Source: Felis catus
Lineage: Eukaryota
DNA: 64,000 bases
NCBI RefSeq assembly: GCF_018350175.1
Contig: NC_058383.1
Span: forward strand, 12,898,001 to 12,962,000
Reading direction: 5' to 3'
Part shown: positions 1 to 12,320 of the stretch, piece by piece
How the letters are laid out: each line of letters opens with the position of its first letter
Numbering within the stretch: the first letter of the stretch is position 1
Translations under genes and position numbers: made by a program
The notes under the pieces: model-generated
Told to the model about the DNA's origin: nothing
Seen by the model: only the letters and a program-made list of their open reading frames with translations
Database searches by the model: none

Positions 1-384
1 CATGCAGCATTTCCCTTCACCTCTTCACGTAGATCAGACATTTTGTGATAGTGCAGCAGTTTGAAGCGGAGACTTCTAGATCATGGCCCTGCTGATTAAG
101 ACACTAAGACACTCCTGAGGAGTGAGGGGAGGGAGAGCTGAAGCCCTTGTTTCCCTAACTCTGGGCATTGACTTTGGGTAAACCAGTGAAAACCTGGTAA
201 CTACAGTTGTGGATAGAACTGTCCAGAGCAGGGTTTTCTCCATGGGTGATCTGCTGTGTCCTTCTAGTGTTATGAAGGAAGATCTTGGTCCATTAATAAT
301 AGTCCCACAATCTTAAGCGCAGTGAAATGAAGTATGTGTGCAAGTGTATGTGTGTATGTGAAAGAAAGAAATCAAGCAACACAT

Positions 385-579
385 GGGGCGCCTGGGTGGC
401 TCAGTCGGTTAAGCGTCTGACTCTGGGTTTCAGCTCAGGTCATGATCTTGTGGGAGCCCCACATGGGGCTCTGTGCGGGCAGTGCAGAGTCTGCTTGGGA
501 TTCTCCCTGTCCCCTTCCCTTTCTTCCCCTCCCCCACTCTGGCTGTCTCTCTCAAAATAAATAAATAAACTTAAAAAAA
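385..579 (+). mobile_element. Can-SINE (SINEC_Fc type)
   Basis: GGGGCGCCTGGGTGGCTCAGTCGGTTAAGCG head, CT-rich segment, AATAAA/poly-A tail. TSD AAATCAAGCAACACA at 369-383 and 580-594. Confidence 0.95.
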
Positions 580-1059
580 AAATCAAGCAACACAGTTGTT
601 CCTTCTTTCTGTGAAAGCCTTCTCTAGACAGGAACAAAGGATATGGCTAAAAGCAGTAACCGGTTACAGTGCCTTCCCCATTTTATTGATCGTTCATTTC
701 TCGTCTCTGACCTTATTAGCTACTTATTGATCTACTAGAAAAGCAAATAATTTTCCCTTGATAGCACTTAGGTGAACTGGACTTTAATGACTTGTCTCCC
801 AAAGGGTTTTTAAAAAAGTATTTACCTACTAAGTGGAAGTTGTCTACTATCTAATGTTATAATCTGTGAGCTTGGGGACCCTTTCTTGGGAGGATCAGTG
901 ATGTCACAGGCTGGCCTCCTCATTTTGGCTACTCCTGTTAAGACACCACACATGCTCTGTGGACTGCTGTAATGGCCTTGTAGCACACAAAGTTTTGGAG
1001 TCGACACAAGGAGCATATGTGAGATCCCACGGGAGGTGACGTGTTGCTGAGTCAGTTCT

Positions 1060-1272
1060 TTTTTTTTTTTTTTAACTATTTATTTTAAAGTTTATTTATT
1101 TATTTTGAGAGAAAGAGAGAGTGCAAGTGAGGCAGGGGCAGAGAGGGAGTGGGACAGAGGATATGAAGCTGACAGCACAGAGCTTGATGCAGGGCTCAAA
1201 CTCAATGAACCATGAGATCATGACCTGAGCTGAAGTCAGATGCTTAACCCATGGAGTCACCCAGGCATGCTT
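1060..1272 (-). mobile_element. Can-SINE
   Basis: Poly-T, TTTATTTATT, GA-rich segment, then ...ATCATGACCTGAGCTGAAGTCAGATGCTTAAC...CACCCAGG. TSD TTGCTGAGTC(A/C)GTTCT on both sides. Confidence 0.92.
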
Positions 1273-1834
1273 TTGCTGAGTCCGTTCTGATCAGTACCTG
1301 CCAACATGTCAAATAACTAAAGACAGCCAGAACCACTTTGTTGTTAATAAATTTTGTTTTGAGATTTTAATTCATGATTTTGGGCTTAGATTTGCTTACA
1401 AATAAGTTTTGAGTTCTTACTTGCTCTAAAAATGCTTAATTCTCTCCTATCTGTGCTTGGGGAGAGAGAGGTTTTGGATTTGGGGTAGATATGTGTCATA
1501 GGGAAGCAGAGTGGCACAGATAACATAGGAGGTAAAATGGTTTTCCCAGCATTGTAGGTGTCTTTGACTATGTTAGTTTTTTTATGTTTACATTTTCACA
1601 TTCCCATTTTACTGCTTTTGATTATACTCTTGTTGGTTAAGATTAAATTTGTGTGCATCTCCTAAGATTATATGCAATGTGAGGCATGATGTTGGAAGCA
1701 ATAGAAATAGAACTTGGAGAATGGTCCCTGATAATCCGTGAATAATATAATCCACGTAGAGGTAAAAGCAAAGATTGACTCTATAAATTGTGGGATTAAT
1801 GGGTGTTTTTGTCCGTTTTTCTTTTTTGCTTATT

Positions 1835-2710
1835 TTTTGAGTAGGTAATACAGTCATATGATTCAAAGATCAAAACCATATAAAAATTTTATAGAGAGAT
1901 GTCTCATTCCCATCCCTGGACCCATATGCCCTATTCTTCAGCTTCCCATAACTATTTTATTGGTTTCTTATGTATCCTCCATAATTTCTGAAAGCAAATA
2001 GAAATATACTTGAATGTGTATTACACAGCGATACCATAAACATCATTCCGCATCTTGCTTTTTTGTGATTATCAGTATATCTTGGAGATCATTCCATCTC
2101 AGTATGGAGAGAGCTACCTAATTAATTGTCTTTAAAGCTGCCCAATAGTCCATTATATGGTTGTACTCTTACATATTTAATCGGTTCATTTGTAATGACC
2201 TTGGGTTATGTCTAGTTCTTCACTCTTACAAGTGGTGCTGCTTTGAATAATTTTGATTATATGGCGTTTCATCCATGTGTATGTATACATCTGTAGGATA
2301 AACTCCCAGGAGTGAAATTGTTAGTCAAAGTATATGTGCATTTGTCATTTTGATAGTTACTGCCCAAATCCTCTGTACGAATTTGTATTGGTTGTACCAA
2401 TTTATATTCCTGTTTAAGAGTAGGGATTTCCCCAAGCCTTGGCAACAAGTTTTGTGGTTAAACTTTTGAATTTTTGCCAATCTGATAAGAGAAAAATTGT
2501 ATCTCATAGTGGTTTCAGTTTGCATTTCTTATTAATAATGTTGAGCATCTCTTACTATATCCTAGATCTGATCGTATTTTCTCTTTGTGAACGGTCTGGT
2601 CATATTCTTTGCTTGTTTTTCTGTTGGCTTTTTGTTAGTTTTTGTATGTTTTAAAATAACTGGTCTATTTTGGAGTATTTTTAGACTTACAGAAAAGTTG
2701 CAAAGATTTA
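1835..2710 (-). mobile_element. Old L1 (L1M-type) 3' fragment, ORF2 end and 3'UTR
   Basis: Minus-strand translation 2325..2525 (TTMRYNFSLIRLAKI) resembles L1 ORF2 C-terminus TTMRYHxTPxRMAxI. Typical antisense L1 3' text. Confidence 0.8.
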
Positions 2711-3319
2711 CTGTTTCTTTTTACCCATTTTGCTGTCATTAGCTCTGTTAATTATGTTAGGTGGTGTAAAGAGGTCCAGGTCTCCTGGAATTCTGGGCTT
2801 GTCACAAGTATGTCATCCCAAAGAAGGATGCAGATCCAATTTATGACTCTTAAGCTGCCTCAGGGGATGTTCTAGTTACAGATGTGGGAGGTTCCTCCGA
2901 GCCTCTGACTAGCTTACATTGTTGGGGCATACAACGTAGAGCCTGTCCTCCGATATTCTTCTTTCACTTGCGAAACTTATTAACTACAAGGGTTATTGAA
3001 GTGAAAACCTTGCCTCGAGTTTATATTTCTTGAGATTTACTTCCAGTTATAAATGTGGTTTTCAAATGACTGAATCTTTCATAGACCAGGTTTCAAGCGC
3101 ATTAAATAGTTGGTGATTTCTCCCTTCTCTTCATCACATGCTAATTGGGAGAATGAATAGCTGTAATTTTTCTGGAGCATCATGCTGTCATTTTGTCCTG
3201 TGAATGAGTTCTCGGAGTACAGAGCTAAAACGTGGGGGCAGAGGTGCCGGTGCCGTTCCCATGCGGAGACACGCGTGGATCTTTGTGTCCCGCAGGGGTC
3301 GGCCTCCTCTGGAAGTTAG

Positions 3320-3552
3320 GGGCACTGGCTCTAGAATAAGACCTCCTGGCTTCAGATTCCTTCTTTGCCACTGCTAGCTGTGTCACCTTGAACACATTAC
3401 TTAACTGTTTTGTGCTTTACTCTCCCCATTTGTAAAATGGAGATCATGATAGCACCTGCCTCATTGAGGTGGTAATGAGGACGGGATGTGATAACACGTG
3501 TGAAGTGCTTAGCACAGGCCTGGAGCCTGATGAGTTGCCAATAAATAAATAG
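3320..3552 (+). mobile_element. MIR
   Basis: Core GCTGTGTCACCTTG...CCCCATTTGTAAAATGGAGAT...GTGAAGTGCTTAGCACAGGCCTGG. Confidence 0.85.
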
Positions 3553-3719
3553 TGGCTCAACAGTAGTGGAGAGCAGTGATTTCAGAGACCATCATTGTGT
3601 GGAATTTGACTTCGTTTACCTTGTGAGGAATGTAGCCTGCAGACAGGGATGTCATACATGCAGCCAGTATTTGAGTACCTGGCAGTGCGAGACGATAATT
3701 AACATTTCTGTCATGTCTT

Positions 3720-3920
3720 GCAGTTTGGGAATTTTACAAATGTCATTTACCTCAGTGAAATCTCACAAAGTAGCTCTGAGATGTGATTATCCTCAGTTTA
3801 TAGTTGAGGAAATGGAGGGTCAAATGCCTTATCTGATGAGCTCACCATCACAGACCTCCTTGCTGGTGGAGTTGGGATTTGACTCCAGGCCTCCTGACAT
3901 TGACTCTCCAGATGCTCTCT
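3720..3920 (-). mobile_element. MIR
   Basis: ATTATCCTCAGTTTATAGTTGAGGAAATGGAGG...GGAGTTGGGATTTGACTCCAGG matches the reverse MIR core. Confidence 0.75.
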
Positions 3921-4629
3921 AAGAAGAGAGTGTCAACAAAGGAAGAATCTGGAATGGTTCCCAGGTGTCCCTGGGTTTAGGTCATACTCTTCTAGGGCAG
4001 CAGAGGTAGAAGGAAGCCTGAGGTTGGCCCACCTCTTTGCGTGACTAATGAAGGCACTGCTGTGCTCGCAAGGGACTCGGGGACGCGCATGGTGCTGGCA
4101 GGCAGCTTTATGGAGAGGGCAGGGTTCTCCTTGGCTGTTCCTGGGTGGTCTTTGGGGGCTGATTAATTGCTGGCATGGAGGGGGTTTATTATGGGAAAAG
4201 TAGATAAATTCAGAGAGGGGAGGACCTGTAACTTGAGAAGCATGCGGTTTTCCTGGGATATTTTCCTAAGAGCACAAATAAAAGGGCTGTAGTTTAGTAT
4301 TCAGATGTGGTTCCAGTTGTGCAAGGGCAAAGAGAAAGAGGCAAAGGCAGGGAGACAAGGAAGGAAAGTGAGTGAGTGATTTGAAAAAAAGTCAGTGAGA
4401 GACCTTTCTGGGCACATCGATAGTGTCTCCAGGGCAGGCGTTTGAACTCCCGGGAACTTGGTATATAAGGGAGAACATCTTTAGCAGTTCTAGGACCTGA
4501 AGCAGACTGGGTGGCCTTGGGGTGTGTCACCTTTTCTCCTGGGAGTGGAGGGAGGGGTGCAGAAGCTACCCCATGGTATTCCTTTCAGAATTGCACTTGG
4601 GGTGACTTCTGCTTCAGGTGGGAGGTTAT

Positions 4630-4815
4630 TCTAGGCAGAGCCGGAGTGGACCGGCAACATCAGTCTCCTTGAGGTCTTGTTAGAAATGAAGATTTGGGAA
4701 CCCTACCCCAGAACTGCTGAGTTGTAATCTCCAGGGGGTGGTATTCAAGAATGTGTATTTTAGCGAGATCCTTAGGTCATTTGTCTGCATGTTAATTTAT
4801 GGAAGCATTGCTCTA
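4630..4815 (+). mobile_element. MER5-type hAT-Charlie DNA transposon
   Basis: CTTGTTAGAAATG...CCCTACCCCAGAACTGCTGA...AATGTGTATTTTA resembles the MER5A body. Confidence 0.7.
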
Positions 4816-6479
4816 GTCTAGAGGCTTTCCATCTCCTCCTTAGGGTTCTATGCTGCCGGGATTAACCTGCTGTTCATGAAATAGGTACTGAATTCTTGTT
4901 TTGTAGGCACAATACAAAGGTGGTCTCTAGTGTGGATCATACCTCTCCGGGAGCAGACAGTCTAGATGAAGAGACAGGATTGTCTACAAATAATTAGTGT
5001 AAAGATAGTGTGAAAGGCCAGGAGCAGAGGCACCCAGAAGGCCTGGGACCGTGTGGAGGATAAATGTGTTTCTGTGGGGGTGTGCAGGGGCAAGAGGTGT
5101 GCATTACATCAGTGTACAACTTCTGTGTAATTCTAATCTGTGGTCTGTCGCTTCTTTGCAAGCCTGACCGGTGGCCTGACTTGGGCCAGCGAATGGCCAT
5201 AGCAGTGTATTATTGCCTGTAGCCTGTCTGAAACCTGTTCAGCATGCCGCCATCACTTGTCTGTCTGCTTTATTGACTCGATAAATACTTTAAAGATTGC
5301 CAGGGTAATGAAGATGACTCCTGGAAGGACATCCCCACCATCTGCTTCTGGGTCTTCTCTCACCTGTGTTGCCTCTTCTCAAAAACCTGCATGCCCACAC
5401 TCTGTAAAAGAAAAAAAATTGATTTGTCACTGAATTTCCATGCCTCAGCCTGGGAGAAATGTAAATGTTGTACTGGCCTTTAGTACTCTGCCTTCAAGCC
5501 TAGATTTAGAGCTGATCATTATACTTTTAGAGTAGGTTAGGTATGAAAATAGCAGCAGGTTGAAGAGTCAGAGGAAACTGTTTGCTCTCATCTGCTGGTT
5601 TGGTCAGGGTGGAAGTACGAATATTAATACAGTCCGCTTAAACAATAAAATAACTCCCAAGGAAGAGGAACTATAAACTTTAGTAAATATCAGAGATGTT
5701 AAATGCTAAAAATAAAGGCTCTTTGCAGTTGTTTGGCTCTTTAAAGAGAGTGTTTGTTGGTCAGGAGGGCTGGTGTGTTTGGTCATGTTTTGCTAGCTTT
5801 TTTTTTTTCTTTTTTTTCTTGGTATGCATGTGTGTAAGTGCATCAGAATATAAATTAGTTAATTAAGTAGGACAGTGTTTCTAGAGTGTGAAATAGTAAC
5901 CTGGCTAGCCAACTTAATTAAATCCTTTGTCATTTTCCTTTTGAAACAAGTTTCATCTTGGGAGGTCACTATGTCCTGGCTGTTGTACTTCTGAAATGTA
6001 CCTTTTGACTCTATCCTCTCCTTTGTCTCCTTTTTCTCCTGTCCGGCAACTTGCACTGACTTGTCAGCTGACTTCATTCTCTCTCCCCCAGCTGTCCACT
6101 GTGCCACGACCACTAGAGACTTCTATCAGAAATCCCAAACTCTGTATGTTCCAGCTAAAGTCTAAGGAAACCTCCAGAGGCTTCCTGTTGTCTGTAGGAT
6201 GTACTCTTTTTCCCAACTCCGTAGTGTGCCATATGAGACTCTTTATAGTCTGCCTCCAAAATACTGTTTCAGCCTCATTTTTAGGCTTACTCATCCCTGG
6301 GTCCATCCAGCCCACAGACCTATCTGCTATTTCCAGTACAAACAAAATATCACCAATAGTAGCCTTACATTGGTAGGCGCCATTCTAAGTGTTTGGCAAG
6401 CATTGTCTGATGCCATTATTAAATTCAACACCAGAGACTTTTGTCATTTGTTCAAGGTCATGCACCTTGTGTTAGAGCT

Positions 6480-6785
6480 TGACTATTTTGATAGTCTCGC
6501 TTCTGGTCCCCGCTTTTATGTTTCTGTGCCTTTTGCTTATATGTTTTCTATGCCTAAAATGTCTTCCTCTTCTGTCTTCTTAGACTTGGAAACTTAGGTG
6601 TTAGGCATTCCTAATAAGGTGCTTCCACAGATCTTAGTGTCTGTCTCAGTTGAGCCTCATAACATCCTTAGCAGTAGTATCATCTAGTACTACTAGGAGG
6701 AGCTGGTCCCAAATCTTAATTTTTTTTTTCCCATTTCCCCTGCAAATAGTAGGTGCCTAATAGAATGAATGCATGGATGGATGGT
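6480..6785 (+). mobile_element. L2 3' fragment
   Basis: Ends in AGTAGGTGCCTAATAGAATGAATGCATGGATGG, a typical L2 terminus. Confidence 0.5.
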
Positions 6786-7302
6786 CATCATCAGTGTCTG
6801 ACTCCTTTTGTGATTTGAGTAGAGTGTCCTTGGCCAAGTTTAAGGCTTCAGAAATTGCTGTGTGGAAAGAATGCATGTTATTTTAGCCATATCAGATTGT
6901 AGCCAGGGATAGTCCAACAAGCAAGGATCAAACGCCAACAAAGTTGTTGGTGTTTTTATTTGGGTCCAAGTGGAATATCAGAAGAATTTGGAATGGGCCT
7001 ACTTATGGCAAGTTACTTATTTCTTCAGAGTTGATTGTCTGATTTGTGGCTGTATTAGTTGCTAATGCTGCCATAACAAAGTACCAGAGACTGGGTGGCT
7101 TAAACATAATAAATCTATTATCTCACATTCTGGAGGCTAGAAGTCCCAGACCAAGATATTGGTGGGGTTGTTTTCTCCGGAGGCCGATCTCCTTGGCTTG
7201 CAGATGGCTGCCTTCTTGCTTGCTGTGTCCTTGCTTGGTCTTTTACTGTGTGTGCAGTGCACGTTGTGTCCAAGTGTCCTCTTCTTAAAAGGACACTAGT
7301 TA

Positions 7303-7616
7303 CAGATGACCTTTGGAAATTGCATGTATAAGTTTGACTCCCTCCAAAACTTAACTACTCATAGCATACTGTTGACTGGAAGCCTTACTGATAACAACAA
7401 CCAATTGACACGTGTTTTGTATGTTATATGTATTATATACTGTATTATTACAATAAAGTAAGCTAGAGCAAATAGTTATTAAGAAAGTCATAAGGAAAAC
7501 ACATTTTTGGTACTATACAGGTGACCCTTAAACAACACAGGTTTGAACTGTGAAGGTCCACTTTATATTTAAGTGGACCTTCACAGTTCAAACCTGTGTT
7601 GTTTAAGGGTCACCTG
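7303..7616. mobile_element. Non-autonomous Tigger2-derived (MER8/MER28-like) TcMar element
   Basis: TA flanks at 7301-7302 and 7617-7618. Internal TTTGACTCCC..AAAACTTAACTAC..GTTGACTGGAAGCCTTAC..ACAATAAAGTAAGCTAGAG. Terminal ...GTTCAAACCTGTGTTGTTTAAGGGTCACCTG. Confidence 0.85.
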
Positions 7617-7618
7617 TA
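7516..7618. repeat. Perfect inverted repeat, 48-bp arms, 7-nt loop
   Basis: 7516-7563 is the exact reverse complement of 7571-7618. Loop is TATATTT. Confidence 0.98.
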
Positions 7619-9455
7619 GTATTAAGGCCCAATCTAAAGAACTCATTTTAATTACCTTTTTAAAAGACCATATCTCCAAATATGGTCATGTTTGGAAGTA
7701 CTAAGAGTTAGGACTCCAACATAGAAATTTTGGGGGAACATATTTGAGTTCCTGGCAGTGTATTATGGAAGTTCCTCTACTTAACCCCTCCCCTTTCTGC
7801 CTTTTCCTTTTGTTTTCTTCCTTCTGGCAATTTTGTTTTACCAGAGGGCTGTTGTTGAGAGGAGAAGCAAAGATAGAAGAAAGATACATTTATTTTGGGT
7901 GAATTTCAGGAAATAGCTGGTGGGGGGAATGGCTGAATCCATTGGTGAAAATGAGATTTTGATATTGCCTCTAGATGTGTATTGTCCTGGCACATTCTGT
8001 TCTGGTTTCCCGGGCAGATGAAAGCTGGCTGTGTGTTGGAAGGCTGGGGAAGTGTCTATTCTTATATTAAGTGGAAAGGGAAATTGATAATCCAGCTTTT
8101 TCAGTTGCCTGGAAAAGTGAGAACTCTATCCTTATCTGAATTTCAGCCCTTCTTCCTAGAAGTAGCTCAGGGACTTGGTGAGCACACTGAGGGTAGGGGG
8201 CAGCCCTCTCCCGTGGCTGACAGCCTGTGTGGCATAGAAGCAGAAGCTGAGAAAACATGTGTCACCCTGAATTACTGAATTTGTGCGTCCCAGCTACGTT
8301 GTTGTTCCCCAGACCTTTTGTGAGGGGTTTTTCTTTATCCTTGTTTGTTAATTCCTAGCCTTGTCTCCAGTTCTCAATTGTGGCTTATGTCTTTTCTTCC
8401 CTTTCTCTTTGTGATTATCAAGTAATTTATTAAATGGAGACAAGCTTAACTAGACATTAAATAATTGCAGGTGTGCAGCTGAATTGAGCTGCTGTCCTTT
8501 AACCAGGAACTCACAGCTGTTTGTGTTGTATTGTGTGATGAGATTACACTTTACCTCATTTGGTTACATGATCTCTTGCATATTGTAAGGTGCAAGAATG
8601 TTGAAGCTTCTGCTTTAAGCAGTACACAAAGGCTGGTATGTTCTCAGGAAACCAACATAAAAGGTACTGGGAGGTCAGGTCTGGAGTCTTTGCGGTATTT
8701 TTTTCCTGGAATTTTTTTCATTTCCTTTGCCTTTTTCTTGATAGGGAGCACCTGATTTGCTCCTTGACTGTCAAATATGATCAGTTATCACATCTTAAAA
8801 CTGTTTTAAAAAAACAAACAAAAAACTGTTTTTTATATTGTTAAAGCAGGGCTTTTCGGTTTCCTTCAAAGGAAGAGAGAGATCAGCAGTATGTTGGACA
8901 GATTAGTTCCTTCTGTGCTTTTATTAGACCTCATCTGCATGCTTCTTTTATACAAATTTGCCTCATCAGTAAGAAGTGTAACTTTTACAAATGTAAGATT
9001 TAGTCATGGGTTAGGTTGTAGTGCCATCAGTTTGCTTTCTTTGTCTGGTTTCATAATTTATAATAGTTGCTAGAAGTAGACACTACTTTCACAGTATCTA
9101 GCTCAACACAGAATTTAGAGTAAGCTATTAATAAAGGATTGCTTGAGTAAACTAGGCAGTAAGCCTAATGGTTTTAATAACCAATATACATGGATCTACT
9201 CTCAGGACATACAGGTATAGAAATGTCATGCTGCCACTTGACTGCTTTGTGACCTTGGGCATCCTACTTAAATGTCTTAATCTTTGGTTTCTTCATCTAG
9301 GTGGTTGTGAGGATTAAAGATATTTGCATTAGATATGTGCATGCACACAGCATTTGCATGCATGCAATGTGCCTGGCACTATTCTGGATACTGGCTACAT
9401 TTGTGAACAAAGCAGACCAAGTTCCTGCCCTGGTGGGATTAAATTCTAGATCTAG

Positions 9456-9498
9456 TTTTTTAAATTTAATTTATTTTTATCTTAGAGAAGGAGGGAGG

Positions 9499-9537
<39 letters not shown>

Positions 9538-9718
9538 CGTGAGTGGAGGAGAGGGGTGGGGGGGGGAGGGAGAGAGAGGGAGAGACTATGAATCCCAAGC
9601 AGGCTCCACAGCCAATATGGAGCCCGACGTGGGGCTCAATTCCATGACCCTGGAGTCATGACCTGAGCTGAAATCAAAAGAGTCCAACGTTCAACTGACT
9701 GAGCCATCCAAGTGCCCC
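9456..9718 (-). mobile_element. Can-SINE with expanded (GA)n
   Basis: T-rich tail, (GA)n, then GAATCCCAAGCAGGCTCC...CATGACCTGAGCTGAAATCAA...GAGCCATCCAAGTGCCCC. Confidence 0.92.
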
Positions 9719-11360
9719 ATATACTTTAGACTGTCTACCAGGGAGAATCCACTTGGTGGGAGAACATGATAGCTACCATTTGTGAAAAAAAAAATTTTAA
9801 CTGAAATATGTAGCTAATAATGGTTTCTTTATTTGGTACATTTAAACACTGTTTCAATCTAGTACACGTCTGGCATATAGAGGGAGCCTTAAAGCCCTTC
9901 CCATACTTTTTCATATCATCTACAGCTGTCTGTATTTATGGGTTTGTCTATTAAAAAAAATTGGTTAGAGTCTCTGTCTAGGCTAGGGATTGTTGGTCAT
10001 GGGATGCTGACTTCTCTGGGAGTTTGCTTTTAGGCTGTCTCTCAGGTTCCAGAAGGGGACTCCAAGAATGAGTTCTGAGTGACATGTTTGATCCTTTGAA
10101 TCTTTTCATGGAAGTGCAGTTTGTTCAAGTAAAGTCTGGATGGCTCAGAGACTACACTGTGATGTTTAGCTCACCTAACCCTGTCTGATACACTCTTTGC
10201 TAGTGTCTACAGAAACACAAGCAGAGAAATATCCCAGGGTTTCAGACTGATTAGCTCTCTTAAACTCTTATTCTTAATGGGTGACTGAAAGAAAAAATAT
10301 TTTTGAGATTTTTCTCTTTTTACCGATGACTAATAGAAACAAAAAGACACTGGCCATCTTTCAGAAGCATTGTAAACGTATTCTGATTGTGGGCTTCTGG
10401 AGTTCAGACGTGGGAGGGTGTTAGTGACCAGATGTCAGTTCCTTGGGGACAGGGGTGGTGGTTGTCAGTGAATCTAGAACTGTATCTTGAGAGGAATGGG
10501 CAGTGGCTTCTGTAGGGACACAGAAATGTCCAACACCTGTCATGCACTATGCTGAATGCTGGGTCTATAGTATTTGGAGTATTTGAACCAGGGCTAGCCC
10601 ATAATGTATCTGTGTTGTTATGAGAGATCTATCAGGTTGAGAGCTGTGAACCCATCATATGGTTGCAGTTTGCATCCTTCCTGTGTTTCCTCTTAGGGAA
10701 TAAATAATATATGATAATGAAAAAAAGCATGTTTTTGTGGCTTTTTTTAATTGAATTTTGATTTAGGACCCTTTATGTTGTGGGTGTTTTTGAAGGTTGT
10801 GGAATTTGGTTGCTTATTGAGAATGCTTTGAGAAAATTGGATCTCTGACCTACAACCAGTCCCACATTGAATTCCTTCCACTTATTGCTACAAAGAAATA
10901 CACATTTTTGTTGAAGCTGAGGGAGGGGTGTTACCTGCTTGTTTATCAGAGCCTCCAAAAGTAGCTCAGACATCTCTGATGCCTCAGCTGATGTCCTTGC
11001 TCCCTGGTTGGGTGTTTGTGCCTGAAGTACTTGCTTCCTTGGCTGTGGGTTAGGTCACAGAGCCCATTGCTATGGAGATTATTGCAAAGGAGCAGACTTA
11101 GCAGGATTGCACAAGGCTAGCCAGTGGCTCGGTTTAGACTACCTTGGAAGAATTGGCTTAAGGGCAGAGAGGAAAAGTTTAGAAACCTTTCTTCCTCTTT
11201 GGTGGCGCTGATGCCAATGAAACCAGACTGAAGTTCTTGTGCCTTTTTTCAGGAATAGGGTCATATAGCTCATTGGACTTAAATTAGTTGGTGTGAATTA
11301 CAGGCAGGGGCTTTATGTAGGTGCCATGTGTAAATCATTGTGCTGTCCAGGTGGAGTTAA

Positions 11361-11556
11361 TTTTTTTTTTTTTTTTTGAGAGAGAGCGTGAGAGCTTGAG
11401 CACGAGCAAGGGAGGGGCAGAGGGAGAGAGAGAATCTTAAGCAGGCTCCACACCCAGTGCAGAGCCCGACATGGGGCTCCATCTCACAACTGTGAGGTCA
11501 TGATCTGAGCTGAAATCAAGAGTCGGACGCTTAACTCACTGAGTTACCCAAGTGCC
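11361..11556 (-). mobile_element. Can-SINE
   Basis: Reverse SINE body. Perfect TSD CCAGGTGGAGTTAA at 11347-11360 and 11557-11570. Confidence 0.95.
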
Positions 11557-12111
11557 CCAGGTGGAGTTAAATTTGGTATCAGAAGAATGAGTTAGCCTAA
11601 TGGAGGGTAACAGTGGGTTATTAAGGTGTTCTTCAGTACAACCAGAAATTTTCACTCCATAATGTTTTTACTGTAACTTCTCATTCTTGGTGTTGAATCA
11701 GGCCCACATGGCCATTCTGATGGTTTGGAAAAGTTTTCGCCCATGAGCGTGGTCTTCTTAAAGATGGTGACTCAGAATCATCTCATCATTGCAGGCAAGG
11801 AGGTACTTTTGTTCTCTGAGTTTGCTGCAAGCATGTGCTGACTCAGAGAGGAAAGGGCAAAACCAGACATTTTTCTTTCTGTTGAATCTTTTCATGATGA
11901 GGGTTTTGTCCTTTTAATAAAATAAGCCAGAGCTCTAAACTTCATTAAGTGAGAGGTCTGGGGCAAAGGAGAAATGATTCAAAATGCTGTCCTGTTTCTT
12001 AGAAAACTTTACTGGTACCTTTTGAGCTGTGTCCATTGGCTCATTGTTTCAGAAACATCACACAAAATGTCTTACTCCTTTTTCTAGTTGGCTCTCTTTA
12101 AACTTTTCTTA

Positions 12112-12320
12112 GGGGAACCTGGGTGGCTCAGTTGGTTAAGTGTCTGACTCTTGATTTTGGCTCAGGTCATGATCTCACAGTTTGTGAGTTCAAGCCCCAT
12201 TTGGGGCTCTGTGCTGACACTGTGGAGCCTGTTTGAGATTCTCTCTCTCTGCTCCTCCCCCACTCACGCATGTACTTTTTCTCTGTCTCTCAAAAACAAA
12301 TCAACGTAAAAAAAATTTTT
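12112..12320 (+). mobile_element. Can-SINE
   Basis: GGGGAACCTGGGTGGCTCAGTTGGTTAAG head, CT-rich segment, A-rich tail. Confidence 0.93.

Larger units (their letters stand above)
7051..7757 (-). mobile_element. MaLR LTR (MLT1A-like), interrupted by a Tigger2-type element
   Basis: TGTATTAGTT...GCTGCCATAACAAAGTACCAGAGACTGGGTGGCTTAAAC...TCTGGAGGCTAGAAGTCC. Resumes after 7618 with ...AAGACCATATCTCCAAATA...TTAGGACTCCAACATA. Confidence 0.88.

Noticed and set aside
3230..3305. Small CpG cluster
   Set aside because: Far too short for a CpG island and lacks promoter context.
11193..11210. CTCF-like GGTGGCGCTG
   Set aside because: The 5' half of the core does not match CCASYAG, so it is too weak to call.
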